A DNA stretch of 64,000 bases from Campylobacterota bacterium (GTDB lineage Bacteria; Campylobacterota; Campylobacteria; Campylobacterales; JAJVLF01): NCBI GenBank assembly GCA_029255845.1, contig JAJVLF010000013.1:1469-65468 (forward strand), given 5' to 3'. This document shows, one piece after another, positions 36,721 through 46,905 of this stretch (its first letter is position 1; each line of letters begins with the position of its first letter). The position numbers and the translations under genes are program-made. Below the pieces are notes generated by a model, which made no database searches, was not told where the DNA came from, and saw only the letters and a program-made list of their open reading frames with translations.

Positions 36721-37782
36721 GTGTTTGTAGATAGTATAAAAATTTCTATTTCTTCTGGAAACGGTGGTGCTGGATGCTCTTCTTTTAGAACTGAAAAGTT
36801 TGTCCCTCATGGTGGTCCTGATGGTGGCGATGGTGGAAAAGGTGGCGATGTTCTTTTTGTAGCAGAGCATAATCTTGACACTCTTAGCTTTTACAAAGGC
36901 AAAAAGAAGCTAAATGCCGATAATGGAAAAAATGGCGGAACTAGAAAATGCTATGGAAAAAAAGGTGCTAACTTAGTGCTAAAAGTTCCTCTAGGAACAC
37001 AAGTATTTGATGATGATGAAAATGAGCTACTTTTTGATATAGATGGCGATGGGGAAGTTTTATTTTTAAAAGGTGGATTAGGCGGGCTTGGTAATTATCA
37101 TTTTAAAAGCTCCACTAATCAAAAGCCAACTTATGCACAAACAGGAATTAACGGTGAAACTAAAAACCTTAGATTAGAGCTTAAATTAATCGCTAATGTA
37201 GGACTTGTAGGATTTCCTAATGTAGGAAAATCTACTTTAATTTCTGTAGTTTCAAATGCAAGACCCGAAATACAAAATTATGAATTTACTACTTTAACTC
37301 CTAATCTAGGGGTTGTTAAAATAAATGATTGGGATTCTTTTGTGATGGCGGATATTCCTGGTATCATAGATGGGGCTAGTTCTGGTAAGGGCTTAGGGAT
37401 ACAATTCTTAAAGCATATTGAGAGAACTTCTATGCTTTTATTTATGGTTGATGTGAGTTTTTACATTGATTTAGATGATCAATATAAAAAGCTTCAAAAA
37501 GAGCTAAAATTATATAGCGATGTTTTATCTAAAAAACCTTTTGCTATTGCTATCACTAAGATGGATATGGCAAATGAGGATTATAATCGTGATGATTTTT
37601 TCGCAAAAAGCAATATTGATATTAATGATTATGAGCAAAATGAAGATAGATGGAGTTTGAAAGAAGATTTTTCAAATCAAGAAAACAAAGCATTATTTAT
37701 TATAGAAATATCATCAATTAATCAGCAAAATATAGAAAGCCTAAAGAAAGAACTTTTTTTTAATATAAAAAGTAATCAATGA
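36721..37782 (+). CDS. obg: GTPase Obg
   Basis: MFVDSIKISISSGNGGAGCSSFR Obg fold. G motifs GFPNVGKST, DIPG and TKMD. GTG start. Confidence 0.93.
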   Translation: MFVDSIKISISSGNGGAGCSSFRTEKFVPHGGPDGGDGGKGGDVLFVAEHNLDTLSFYKGKKKLNADNGKNGGTRKCYGKKGANLVLKVPLGTQVFDDDENELLFDIDGDGEVLFLKGGLGGLGNYHFKSSTNQKPTYAQTGINGETKNLRLELKLIANVGLVGFPNVGKSTLISVVSNARPEIQNYEFTTLTPNLGVVKINDWDSFVMADIPGIIDGASSGKGLGIQFLKHIERTSMLLFMVDVSFYIDLDDQYKKLQKELKLYSDVLSKKPFAIAITKMDMANEDYNRDDFFAKSNIDINDYEQNEDRWSLKEDFSNQENKALFIIEISSINQQNIESLKKELFFNIKSNQ

Positions 37783-38546
37783 AACGAATAGTTCTAAAAG
37801 TAGGAACTTCAAGCATAACTAATGAAGATGGATTATGTGAAGATAAGATTAGTAATATAATTAATTTATTAATAGATTTAAGAGATAAATATGAGGTTAT
37901 CCTTGTATCATCTGGTGCTGTATCAGCAGGATATAGCAAAGTAAAACTCGATAGAAATGATTTAATCAATAAACAAGTCCTCTCTTCAATAGGACAACCA
38001 AAGCTTATGTCTATCTATAAACATAAACTAGATGAAAAAAATATCGTTCTTGCTCAAGCCTTATTAACAGCTTCTATATTTGATTCAAGAATACAAACAA
38101 CAAATGCCTTAAACTCCATAAATTGTATGCTTGAAAATAAAATATTACCAATAATAAATGAAAATGACAACATAGATACAAGTGAATTAAGATTTGGAGA
38201 TAATGACCAGCTTTCGGCTTATGTATGCCATCATTTTAATGCCTCTTTGCTTGTTATTTTAAGTGATATAGATGGATATTATGATAAAAATCCAAATACT
38301 CATAGTAATGCTAAGCTTATAAAAGAAGTTAATAAAATAGATGAAAAAGAATTTGAGAAAAAAGCCTCTCCAAATTCAGAATTTGCTACAGGTGGCATAC
38401 TCACCAAGCTTATATCAGCAAAATTTTTAATGGAAAATAATCATTCTATGTTTTTAAGCAATGGCATAAATTTACAAGACACTAGAGATTTTCTATTAAA
38501 AGACAATCACCTCGGCGGAACATTATTTAAAAAAAATGGAGCATAA
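37779..38546 (+). CDS. proB: Glutamate 5-kinase (short form without PUA domain)
   Basis: 255 aa. Motifs VLKVGTSSIT and FGDNDQLSA. Start overlaps the obg stop (ATGA). Confidence 0.9.
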   Translation: MKRIVLKVGTSSITNEDGLCEDKISNIINLLIDLRDKYEVILVSSGAVSAGYSKVKLDRNDLINKQVLSSIGQPKLMSIYKHKLDEKNIVLAQALLTASIFDSRIQTTNALNSINCMLENKILPIINENDNIDTSELRFGDNDQLSAYVCHHFNASLLVILSDIDGYYDKNPNTHSNAKLIKEVNKIDEKEFEKKASPNSEFATGGILTKLISAKFLMENNHSMFLSNGINLQDTRDFLLKDNHLGGTLFKKNGA

Positions 38547-39577
38547 TGAAATTACATCACTTATCGCATATAGACTTAGATGGCTATAATGCACAGCTTA
38601 TATCAAGCTTATATATCAAAGACTGTGAATTTTATAACACAAATTACGGCAATGAAATTACAGGCAAATTTGATAAAATTATGGAGCAAATAAACCAAAG
38701 CTTAGAAAATGATTTTTTTATTTTAATAACAGATGTAAATCTAAATATGGAACAATGTGAGCATGTAGATAAACAAGTAAAAGAATCAAATAAAAATATA
38801 AAACTACAATTACTAGACCATCATATTACAGGAGCTTCATCAGCTAATAAATTTGATTGGTATTACCTAGATGACAAAAAATCTGCCACTTTAATTACTC
38901 ATGAATATTATAAAAAAAATTACAAATTACTAGATAGTGAGCCAAACACATGGCTAGAAAAACTAGTAAATGCAACAAATGCAATAGATATATGGATAGA
39001 AGATAGCCCATATTTTGAGTTTGGAAAAACCCTATCAAAGCTAGTAAATGAATCAAGAGAGCTTTCAAAAGAAAGCTTTGGAAATATAGACAATAAATAT
39101 AAAATAGCCCTACTTAAAGAAGCAACAAAATTTATATCCAAACAAGACCCACACATAGCCCTAGATGAAAATATATATTTTCTAAAAAGGGATTACCTAA
39201 ACACAAAAAACATAAAAGACACCTTAGATAATATTAGCTCAAATTATGTAGTATCATTAATAAAAGAACAAGAAGAAAAATTCATCTACAATTTCAAAGA
39301 ATACAAAGGCATTATTACCTTTAATCTTTCACATATTTCAAACACAGCAAATATGTTTTTAACACTAAATGATGACTATGATTTTTTTATGAATGTAAAT
39401 TACAGAGGTGGATTAAGTATAAGAAGCAATAACAAAGTAAATGTAGCAGATATGGCAAGCAAATACTTTGGAGGTGGCGGTCATATAAATGCCAGTGGTG
39501 GCTTTATGAATGATTTTAAAAATATATATTTTTATGATGATATGAGGAGTTTTGTAGAGAATAAAATGTTGCATTAG
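38546..39577 (+). CDS. DHH/DHHA1-family phosphoesterase
   Basis: Motifs HIDLDGY, LLDHHIT and GGGGHINASGG. Confidence 0.75.
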   Translation: MKLHHLSHIDLDGYNAQLISSLYIKDCEFYNTNYGNEITGKFDKIMEQINQSLENDFFILITDVNLNMEQCEHVDKQVKESNKNIKLQLLDHHITGASSANKFDWYYLDDKKSATLITHEYYKKNYKLLDSEPNTWLEKLVNATNAIDIWIEDSPYFEFGKTLSKLVNESRELSKESFGNIDNKYKIALLKEATKFISKQDPHIALDENIYFLKRDYLNTKNIKDTLDNISSNYVVSLIKEQEEKFIYNFKEYKGIITFNLSHISNTANMFLTLNDDYDFFMNVNYRGGLSIRSNNKVNVADMASKYFGGGGHINASGGFMNDFKNIYFYDDMRSFVENKMLH

Positions 39578-39615
39578 TTTGGTTTTGTATTTTTTTAAAT
39601 CAAGGTCATACTTAT

Positions 39616-39652
39616 GGGAACATCTATTAATTTTGAATTAATAGATGTTCCC
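39616..39652. mobile_element. MITE family A, 37-bp minimal derivative (termini only)
   Basis: GGGAACATCTATTAATT-TTG-AATTAATAGATGTTCCC. Both arms carry the same C-to-A / G-to-T change relative to full copies. Confidence 0.7.
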
Positions 39653-39667
39653 TTCAATTTCTAAAAA

Positions 39668-40006
39668 CTATTTAGGCAATTCACACTTATCAAGAGGAAT
39701 TATTTGACCTTTAAAATCCGATGTATCTTGTCCTACAAAAACCAATGTCCCTGACACAAAGTTAAAGCTTTTATTATTTATTTTTATTCCATCACATGTG
39801 ATATCTTTATTCCTATTAAATAAATTAATGATTTTTGCATGTTTTTTTTCTATGCTTTTTTGATTGTTTGTAAAGATTGATATCATCGCTATCATCGCTA
39901 TAAATAATATTACAGATATTAACTTATCATTTTTTATCTTATTAGCGATAGCATATATTGTAAAAGCAATTATAGCTACCGTGGCTAAAATTACTAATAT
40001 TTTCAT
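39668..40006 (-). CDS. Small membrane protein, unknown function
   Basis: 112 aa with two N-terminal TM helices. Start abuts the murC stop. Confidence 0.5.
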   Translation of the reverse strand: MKILVILATVAIIAFTIYAIANKIKNDKLISVILFIAMIAMISIFTNNQKSIEKKHAKIINLFNRNKDITCDGIKINNKSFNFVSGTLVFVGQDTSDFKGQIIPLDKCELPK

Positions 40007-41313
40007 TATGCCATACCTCTTAATTGATAAGTAATGTCTCCAGCACCAAAGCCTACTACTAAGCCATTGTTTATGTTTTTAAGGACTTTATTATTTTTCA
40101 TAATTAATATGTCTTCATTTTCTATTTTTACATTATCTGCCATTAGTAAATTGTAATTTTTAAAATCATTTTTAAAATCTATATTTACTTTTTTTTCTCC
40201 AACACCCCATACAGGAAGTATAATTAATTCATCACATCCATCAAAGCATAATTTAAAGTTTTCTAAATTATCTATTGTTCTTGAGTATTTATGTGGTTGC
40301 CATATGGCACTCACTTTGTCTATATTGTTTAGATTTGCATATTCTTTAATTGATGCTAGGGTTTTTTTGATTTCAGTTGGATGGTGTGCATAATCATCTA
40401 TTAGGATGTAGTTATCTTTCTTTATGATGTCAAATCTTTTTTTAATTCCCATAAAATTATTTAGATTAGCTCTAATTTCTTCAATGTCCATTTCATTTTT
40501 CGCAGATAAAATAGCCAAAGAAGCATTTTCTGCCATAAATTCACCAATCCCCCATACACGAAAAGAGCCATAGTTTTTTAAGTCAAATTTAGTATATGGT
40601 TCGTGATTATCTAATAAAAAAGATACATTTGTAATATCTCTTTTAGGATATAATTTTTCTATATAAGATTTATTGCATTTATTTAGCCATTCATCGTCTC
40701 CATTTACCACAGAAACAGTGGAAGATTCTATAAATTTTTTATAAGCACCATAAAATCTATTTAAATCATAATTATAATATTCCATATGTTCTGGTTCTGT
40801 GTTTGTTACTATAGAGCAATGCGGGTTTGAGTTTAAAAAACTTTCATCACTTTCATCTGCTTCAAAAACTAGAGAATTTCCTTGCTTAAATATCATATTA
40901 GATGATGTATTTTTCATTTCAGCACCTATAATAGCTGAGCTTTCTTGCATTATGGTTGATAAAATAGATGATGTTGTGCTTTTTCCATGCGCCCCACAAA
41001 CAGAATATACTTTTTTTTCATTGGTTATAAATGGTAAAAAGTCTTTTCTTGAAAAGCATTTAATATTCATCTTTTTTGCTTTTATAATTTCTGGATTTGT
41101 TTCTTTGATAATGCTTGAATAAACAATAATATCTTGATTATTTATATATTTCTCATTATGAGGAGTATTGACAGAAATTCCTTCCATTTTTAAACTATCT
41201 GTAATGCTAGTAGCTATTAAATCTGAGCCACTTATTATGTGGTTTAGTTTTTGTAAATACCTAGCTAATCCAGATAATCCTATTCCGCCAATTCCAATAA
41301 AATGTATTTTCAT
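40006..41313 (-). CDS. murC: UDP-N-acetylmuramate--L-alanine ligase
   Basis: 435 aa. Motifs FIGIGGIGLSGLA and GAHGKSTT. Confidence 0.92.
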   Translation of the reverse strand: MKIHFIGIGGIGLSGLARYLQKLNHIISGSDLIATSITDSLKMEGISVNTPHNEKYINNQDIIVYSSIIKETNPEIIKAKKMNIKCFSRKDFLPFITNEKKVYSVCGAHGKSTTSSILSTIMQESSAIIGAEMKNTSSNMIFKQGNSLVFEADESDESFLNSNPHCSIVTNTEPEHMEYYNYDLNRFYGAYKKFIESSTVSVVNGDDEWLNKCNKSYIEKLYPKRDITNVSFLLDNHEPYTKFDLKNYGSFRVWGIGEFMAENASLAILSAKNEMDIEEIRANLNNFMGIKKRFDIIKKDNYILIDDYAHHPTEIKKTLASIKEYANLNNIDKVSAIWQPHKYSRTIDNLENFKLCFDGCDELIILPVWGVGEKKVNIDFKNDFKNYNLLMADNVKIENEDILIMKNNKVLKNINNGLVVGFGAGDITYQLRGMA

Positions 41314-41358
41314 TTTCTCTCTTTTTTTATGTTTATTTTTAAATCGTTCAAACTAATA

Positions 41359-42480
41359 TTATTTTAATATCTTTTTAAGGTTAATTAAAGCTTTCTTCAT
41401 AATATGCTCATTTTCCACTAAGGCAATCCTAATAAAATCATCAGAAATATTATTCTCTCCTAAGTATGCTCCAGGAAGAACTCTTATGTGATATTCTTTG
41501 AAAAGTTTTTTAGTTAATTCTAAGGCATTTTCTACTTTTATCCATAAATAAAATGTGCAATTAGAAGTATCTATATTTAGAATTTCTTTTACTAGTTGTT
41601 TATTTTTTTCATATAATGAATTAAAATATTTAATACTTTCCTCATCCTTCCAAGCAACACATGAGGCATATTGTAAAGGTAATGGCTGAGCACATCCTGA
41701 TTGGGTTCTAAAATTCATATATGGTTTTATTATGCTTTCATCCCCAGCTAGAAAGCCTGACCTTAGAGATGGGGAAGAGTTTCTTTTCGATATAGAATTA
41801 CACACTAATATATTTTTAAAATCTTTATTACCTGCTTTTATGCTAGCATTTAGAAGTGATATAGGTGGAGTGCCATTATATATTTCTAAATAACATTCAT
41901 CGTTTAATAAGACAAAATCATACTTTAAAGCCAATTTAACTAAATTAGCTAATTCATCAATGTCTAAAATAGAAGCTGTTGGATTATTTGGAAAATTAAT
42001 TATCACTAAATCACATTTACTTATTTCATCTTCATTAATTACAGGCTTAAAATCATTTTCTTCTAGTAAATCTATATAATAAATACTAGAATTAGTGATA
42101 ATAGCAGAGCTTTTGTATATCTGATAAAATGGATTAGTAAAGCCCATTTTAGGATTTTCTTTATTATGTAAATAAAATATAGGGAAATTAAATAAAACTT
42201 CTCTAGTGCCTAAAGTAGGAACTATCTGTTCAGGTTTTAATTCAATACCTAGTCTATTTTTATTAAACTCAATCATAGAAGATTTTAATTGCTCAATCCC
42301 CGCACTTGGAGGATATTTATTGAATTTATCTATATGAGATATACATTCTTGTTTTATATTATCAGGAGTATCAAATTTTGGCTCTCCTATAGCTAAATCT
42401 ATAAGAGGGTATTCTAAATTTGGCTCAATATCTTTTAATAAATTATTAAGCCTCGTAAAAGGATAAAATCCAAAATCCAA
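41359..42480 (-). CDS. Class I/II PLP-dependent aminotransferase
   Basis: 373 aa. Motifs NFPNNPT and SISKRNSSPSLRSGF (PLP-Lys). TTG start. Confidence 0.8.
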   Translation of the reverse strand: MDFGFYPFTRLNNLLKDIEPNLEYPLIDLAIGEPKFDTPDNIKQECISHIDKFNKYPPSAGIEQLKSSMIEFNKNRLGIELKPEQIVPTLGTREVLFNFPIFYLHNKENPKMGFTNPFYQIYKSSAIITNSSIYYIDLLEENDFKPVINEDEISKCDLVIINFPNNPTASILDIDELANLVKLALKYDFVLLNDECYLEIYNGTPPISLLNASIKAGNKDFKNILVCNSISKRNSSPSLRSGFLAGDESIIKPYMNFRTQSGCAQPLPLQYASCVAWKDEESIKYFNSLYEKNKQLVKEILNIDTSNCTFYLWIKVENALELTKKLFKEYHIRVLPGAYLGENNISDDFIRIALVENEHIMKKALINLKKILK

Positions 42481-43686
42481 TTAATTCTCCTTTAGGAATT
42501 TTTTGATATTTTTCCCTGCTTGTCTTATTCTATTTTTATTTTCTAAAAGAGCTATTCTCACATAATCATCTCCATATTCTCCAAAGCTACCACCAGGAGA
42601 AACTGCCACATTTGCCTCACTTAAAAGCTTTTTGCTAAACTCTAAACTCTTCATTCCCTTTAATTGCTCGGGTATTTTTGCCCATATAAACATAGTAGAT
42701 TTTGGAGGATTTAGCTTCCATCCAGCATTAGCAAAGCTATCAACTAAAACATCTCTTCTTTTTTGATACACCATTTTAATATCTTCTACACATCCTTGAG
42801 GACCATTTAAAGCTATAGTTGAAGCTACTTGAATAGGGGTAAACATACCATAATTAGTCCATGATTTTAGCTTTTGTAAAGCACCTACTAGCTTAGCATT
42901 CCCACAAAAAAATCCTACTCTCCATCCAGCCATATTATATGATTTAGATAAAGTGAAGCTTTCAATTGCTACATCCTTAGCTCCCTTAACGGAGAGAATA
43001 GATGGTGTTTTATATCCATCATAAGTTAAATCCGCATAAGCTATATCGCTAATTATATAAAATCTTTTTTCTTTTGCTAATTTCACTAATCTTTCATAAA
43101 AATTCTCTGTAACAGTTACACAAGTCGGATTATGAGGAAAATTAACTAAAACAAATTTAGCCTTTTTGCCATCTTCATCTATTTTTTGCTCTAACTCTGA
43201 TAAAAATTTATCTTCATCTAACTCATAATCATCATTAAAGCTTATCCCCATTTTACGAACCTTAGCTCCAGAAATAGAAAAAGCATAAGAATGAATAGGA
43301 TAAGTAGGCTCAGGAACTATAGCTATATCTCCATCATTAGCAATAGCTTGAATTAAATGCACATAACCATCTTTACTTCCCATAGTAGCTATTGCTTCAG
43401 TATTTGGGTCTATGTTTGCATTATATCTTCTCTTATACCAATTAGAGATAGCTAGTCTTAATTTATATATACCTATAGAAGAGCTATATCCGTGATTTTT
43501 ATCTTTTTTACTAGCTTCTATTAGTTTATTTATTATATGTTTTGGAGTAGGTCCATCTGGATTACCCATAGAAAAATCAATTACATCTTTGCCTTTTCTT
43601 CGTAAATCCATTTTTATTTTGCCCACTTCAGCAAAGACATAATTTGGCAGTTTTTCCATTGTTTCAAAGATTATTTCATTAAACAT
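42481..43686 (-). CDS. Class I PLP-dependent aminotransferase (aspartate/alanine type)
   Basis: 401 aa. Motifs NFPHNPT and SKSYNMAGWRVG (PLP-Lys). Confidence 0.85.
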   Translation of the reverse strand: MFNEIIFETMEKLPNYVFAEVGKIKMDLRRKGKDVIDFSMGNPDGPTPKHIINKLIEASKKDKNHGYSSSIGIYKLRLAISNWYKRRYNANIDPNTEAIATMGSKDGYVHLIQAIANDGDIAIVPEPTYPIHSYAFSISGAKVRKMGISFNDDYELDEDKFLSELEQKIDEDGKKAKFVLVNFPHNPTCVTVTENFYERLVKLAKEKRFYIISDIAYADLTYDGYKTPSILSVKGAKDVAIESFTLSKSYNMAGWRVGFFCGNAKLVGALQKLKSWTNYGMFTPIQVASTIALNGPQGCVEDIKMVYQKRRDVLVDSFANAGWKLNPPKSTMFIWAKIPEQLKGMKSLEFSKKLLSEANVAVSPGGSFGEYGDDYVRIALLENKNRIRQAGKNIKKFLKEN

Positions 43687-43687
43687 C

Positions 43688-44518
43688 TTATCTCTTTGTT
43701 AGCAATATTGATATGCCGTGTTTTATATTTTTTATGACATATTTATCTGTTATTTTGATATATTTTGTTTTCTTTGGGATAAATAGCCTCATTCTATTTA
43801 CCTTTTTATCTTTCTCTATTATTTGAATTGGATTAAGACTTTTATCAAAAAACACAATATAAGGATGCCATTTATTTTTACCATCACTGCTAATGTTTAT
43901 AACTTTTGCATTATTTATTTTTAAATGTATATCATTTATTATTTTTTTAATTTTAATTTTTCTATTATTTTCTATATTAAATGTATTATGAAGCTTTAAT
44001 CTAGAGCTATTAATATAATAATCCCATGATGTATGAGAGCCTTTATAGACATCTACAATTTCTATACCTCGTTTTTGAAATTCTTTATGTAAGCTAATAG
44101 GGTTTATCATAGCTTCTGATTTCAAAATAAGTTTTAATTTTAAAGTTTGTTTAATATATTTTATATTTTTCACAAAGATAAAGTTAAAACCTAAATTCAA
44201 AAAAGACTCTTTAATATTCTTAATAAGAAAAACTGAATTATTACTAACTTTAGCATCAATATTAATCTCAAGATCCATTTTTTCTTTATAAAATAAATTA
44301 AACAAACCATTTTTTCTTAATTTTCTAATTATCAGCAAAGATCGTGCATTATATTTATCTTTCATAAAACTAGATTCATTTTTAAATATAGAATGAATTA
44401 ATCTTTTATGTTCTAGATATGCATCTTCACCTATAAAATTATGCACCTTATCTAAAACTATAGAAGAATAAGTATTAGAAATTAAAAATACAAGTAAAAA
44501 GAGGAAAACTCTTACCAA
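43688..44518 (-). CDS. Secreted hypothetical protein
   Basis: 276 aa with signal peptide. No recognised domain. Confidence 0.5.
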   Translation of the reverse strand: MVRVFLFLLVFLISNTYSSIVLDKVHNFIGEDAYLEHKRLIHSIFKNESSFMKDKYNARSLLIIRKLRKNGLFNLFYKEKMDLEINIDAKVSNNSVFLIKNIKESFLNLGFNFIFVKNIKYIKQTLKLKLILKSEAMINPISLHKEFQKRGIEIVDVYKGSHTSWDYYINSSRLKLHNTFNIENNRKIKIKKIINDIHLKINNAKVINISSDGKNKWHPYIVFFDKSLNPIQIIEKDKKVNRMRLFIPKKTKYIKITDKYVIKNIKHGISILLTKR

Positions 44519-45366
44519 ACAAATCCTCCATTAAGAGCTAAAACATCTTCTTTTGTTATTTTATATAAAAAACCATTTTTATAATAAAAGAATAATTTAT
44601 CAAAAGTCCTATATTTCGTGGATTTATTATTATTTCTATTTATGAAATTAAGATACCCATGACCAGTTAAAATAATAGTATTAGATTTTAATTTATAAGA
44701 TGCTAAACCTGAAACAATATCTCCTATTTGTTTTTTATTATTCAAATTAATAAGTCCTAACCATAACTGATTATCCTTAAAAGGCTCAAGAAGAAGAACT
44801 CCATTTTTAACTTTATACATTTTTTTTGCTTTACTTAAATCAAAAACATTTTTCTTTACTTCTTTTTTCTTTACTTTTTTAAAAATAACTTTTTTCTCTT
44901 GCTTTATTACTTCTTTAGTATTATTTTCTTTTCTTTTTTCTTTTTCTATAAATAAGACTTTTTTCTCTGATGTCCCATCATCTTTAAAAATCATCCAAAA
45001 CATCACAAGAACTATAGTAAAAATAGAAGCAATAATAATCAAATAATTATTACTATCTAATTTATTTTCTTTGATGTCTTCATCATTCATAAAGACTTTT
45101 GGACTATCATCTTTTTTATTTATTTCTTGAGGTTCATCTATAATTTTAGCTTTAGGATGATAAAACTCTTCATATTCATCTATTAAAAACTGTAAATCAA
45201 AGTCATATTCATTAGATATAGAGTGAATAAATCCATTAAAATGTGCTTTAATTTTTATTTTATCATAATCTTTATCTTTTATATAAACAATAAATTCAAC
45301 AAGAATATGAGTATTCTTGGAAATCTCTTCATTTGGAATTTCTAAAAATTTCTTAAAATCATTCAT
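44512..45366 (-). CDS. Single-pass membrane protein with RodZ_C/DUF4115-like C-terminus (tentative)
   Basis: Central TM (IIIASIFTIVLVMFWMIF). C-terminal LWLGLINLNNKKQIGDIVSG...IILTGHGYLNF resembles the RodZ C-terminal domain. Confidence 0.4.
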   Translation of the reverse strand: MNDFKKFLEIPNEEISKNTHILVEFIVYIKDKDYDKIKIKAHFNGFIHSISNEYDFDLQFLIDEYEEFYHPKAKIIDEPQEINKKDDSPKVFMNDEDIKENKLDSNNYLIIIASIFTIVLVMFWMIFKDDGTSEKKVLFIEKEKRKENNTKEVIKQEKKVIFKKVKKKEVKKNVFDLSKAKKMYKVKNGVLLLEPFKDNQLWLGLINLNNKKQIGDIVSGLASYKLKSNTIILTGHGYLNFINRNNNKSTKYRTFDKLFFYYKNGFLYKITKEDVLALNGGFVW

Positions 45367-45375
45367 TTTATAACC

Positions 45376-46068
45376 TTAACCTACCCTATTTAGTCTATCT
45401 ATTAATATAGATGTAGCACATGCTACATTTAATGAATCAAAGTCATTTTGCATATTTATGCTCAAAACCTCATCCATTTTTCTTAAAATCTTACCACTAA
45501 GACCATCATGCTCATTACCTACAAATAAAGCCTTAGTATCTTTTTTTAATAATCCCTTAGTATCATTACCCTTGCTATCAGCACCATAGCACATAAATTT
45601 ATTTTGCCCTAAATAATTAATCAAAGAATCACTATTTTCTATTAAGCTAACCTTAATATCAAAAAATGCCCCCATACTAGTCCTAATAATCCCCTCAACT
45701 GAAGTGCCTCTAACCCCAGATATAACAACCTCATCCACACCTAAAGATAAAGAGCTTCTAATAATAGAGCCAATATTCCCAATATCTGTAACCTTATCTA
45801 AAACCACAATAAACTTACTATCTTTAGATATCTCATTAGGAAGCTCAATATCATCAATCTCTAATAAAATGCCTTGATGATTACCACCCCTTGCCATTGC
45901 CTGAGCTTTTTTATTATCAAGTTTTATAATTTCTACATTTAATCTTGCGAATTGACTAAATAGCTTTTTATCTATCTCTTTAGATAAATAAACTTTTCGA
46001 ATAATTTTGTAATGCTTTTTCAAAACATACAATGAAACTTGTTTAGAGAAAATAATCATAATCATCAC
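45376..46068 (-). CDS. SpoU/TrmH-family RNA 2'-O-methyltransferase (RlmB-like)
   Basis: Motifs GNIGSIIRS, VGNEHDGLS and LNVACATSILI. Confidence 0.85.
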   Translation of the reverse strand: MMIMIIFSKQVSLYVLKKHYKIIRKVYLSKEIDKKLFSQFARLNVEIIKLDNKKAQAMARGGNHQGILLEIDDIELPNEISKDSKFIVVLDKVTDIGNIGSIIRSSLSLGVDEVVISGVRGTSVEGIIRTSMGAFFDIKVSLIENSDSLINYLGQNKFMCYGADSKGNDTKGLLKKDTKALFVGNEHDGLSGKILRKMDEVLSINMQNDFDSLNVACATSILIDRLNRVG

Positions 46069-46090
46069 TTAAAAATAAGCTGTATTTTAG

Positions 46091-46195
46091 CAAGTTTTAC
46101 TGTAAAATAGCTGATAATGTAAAAAGAATATGCGATATTTTATAGAGCAGTTTATAATAAAATTGCTTATTTTTTAAGCAGTTTACTGTAAAATA
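46091..46195. promoter_or_regulatory. Three direct repeats GCA(A)GTTT(T)A-NNN-TAAAAT in a divergent promoter region
   Basis: CAAGTTTTACTGTAAAATA (46091-46109), GCAGTTTATAATAAAAT (46147-46163), GCAGTTTACTGTAAAATA (46178-46195). Upstream of the Fis-HTH gene. Confidence 0.35.
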
Positions 46196-46200
46196 CAACA

Positions 46201-46905
46201 ATGATTAAAAAAATTATAAAAAGTATGAAATTAAATAAAAATATAGTCGCATCATCCATATTAAATGGTCAATTATACACAGGTAAATTAGTTTTAGTAA
46301 AATCCATATATACTGATATAAAGTTTATTGACGGTGAATTTATTGATGAATATAAAGATGTTTTAAATAAAGAAAAAAAGATTATCATTTATAATTTTGA
46401 AAAAATACAAAATATGGATTATATAGATTTTAACAATATACAAATTATTGCTATATCTAATTATAAAAGTATCCCTAAAAGTATCCAAAATAAATTCGCT
46501 TTTATATATGAAATGCCATCTTTTAGAACAAGAACAAATGAAATAAAAAAATTCATAAAAAAAATTAGCCTAAAAGCCCAAGCCTCTTTGAATGTCCAAA
46601 TGGACGAAGAAATACATATAGAAAACCTAGACTTATCGCAAAATTTCCAATCAATAGAAGCCTCCATATACAAAGAAATAATCAAAAATACATTATCAAA
46701 AGAAGAAATCGAAGATGTATTATACATATATTTATACTCCCTTATAGATGGAGAAAATGATTATAAAACATTAATTAAGATTTTTGAAAGACCATTAATT
46801 AAAGCTGGACTAAATAAATATAAATCATCTCTTAAACTTTCCAAAATTCTAGGTATTAATAGAAACACTCTAAGTAAAAAGGTAAAAGAAAATGCCATTA
46901 GATGA
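46201..46905 (+). CDS. Degenerate sigma-54-activator-like protein with Fis-type HTH
   Basis: C-terminal HTH SKILGINRNTLSKKVKENAI. A middle segment resembles the distal AAA+ region (FAFIYEMPSFRTRTNEIKKFIKK), but no Walker A is visible. Confidence 0.55.
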   Translation: MIKKIIKSMKLNKNIVASSILNGQLYTGKLVLVKSIYTDIKFIDGEFIDEYKDVLNKEKKIIIYNFEKIQNMDYIDFNNIQIIAISNYKSIPKSIQNKFAFIYEMPSFRTRTNEIKKFIKKISLKAQASLNVQMDEEIHIENLDLSQNFQSIEASIYKEIIKNTLSKEEIEDVLYIYLYSLIDGENDYKTLIKIFERPLIKAGLNKYKSSLKLSKILGINRNTLSKKVKENAIR

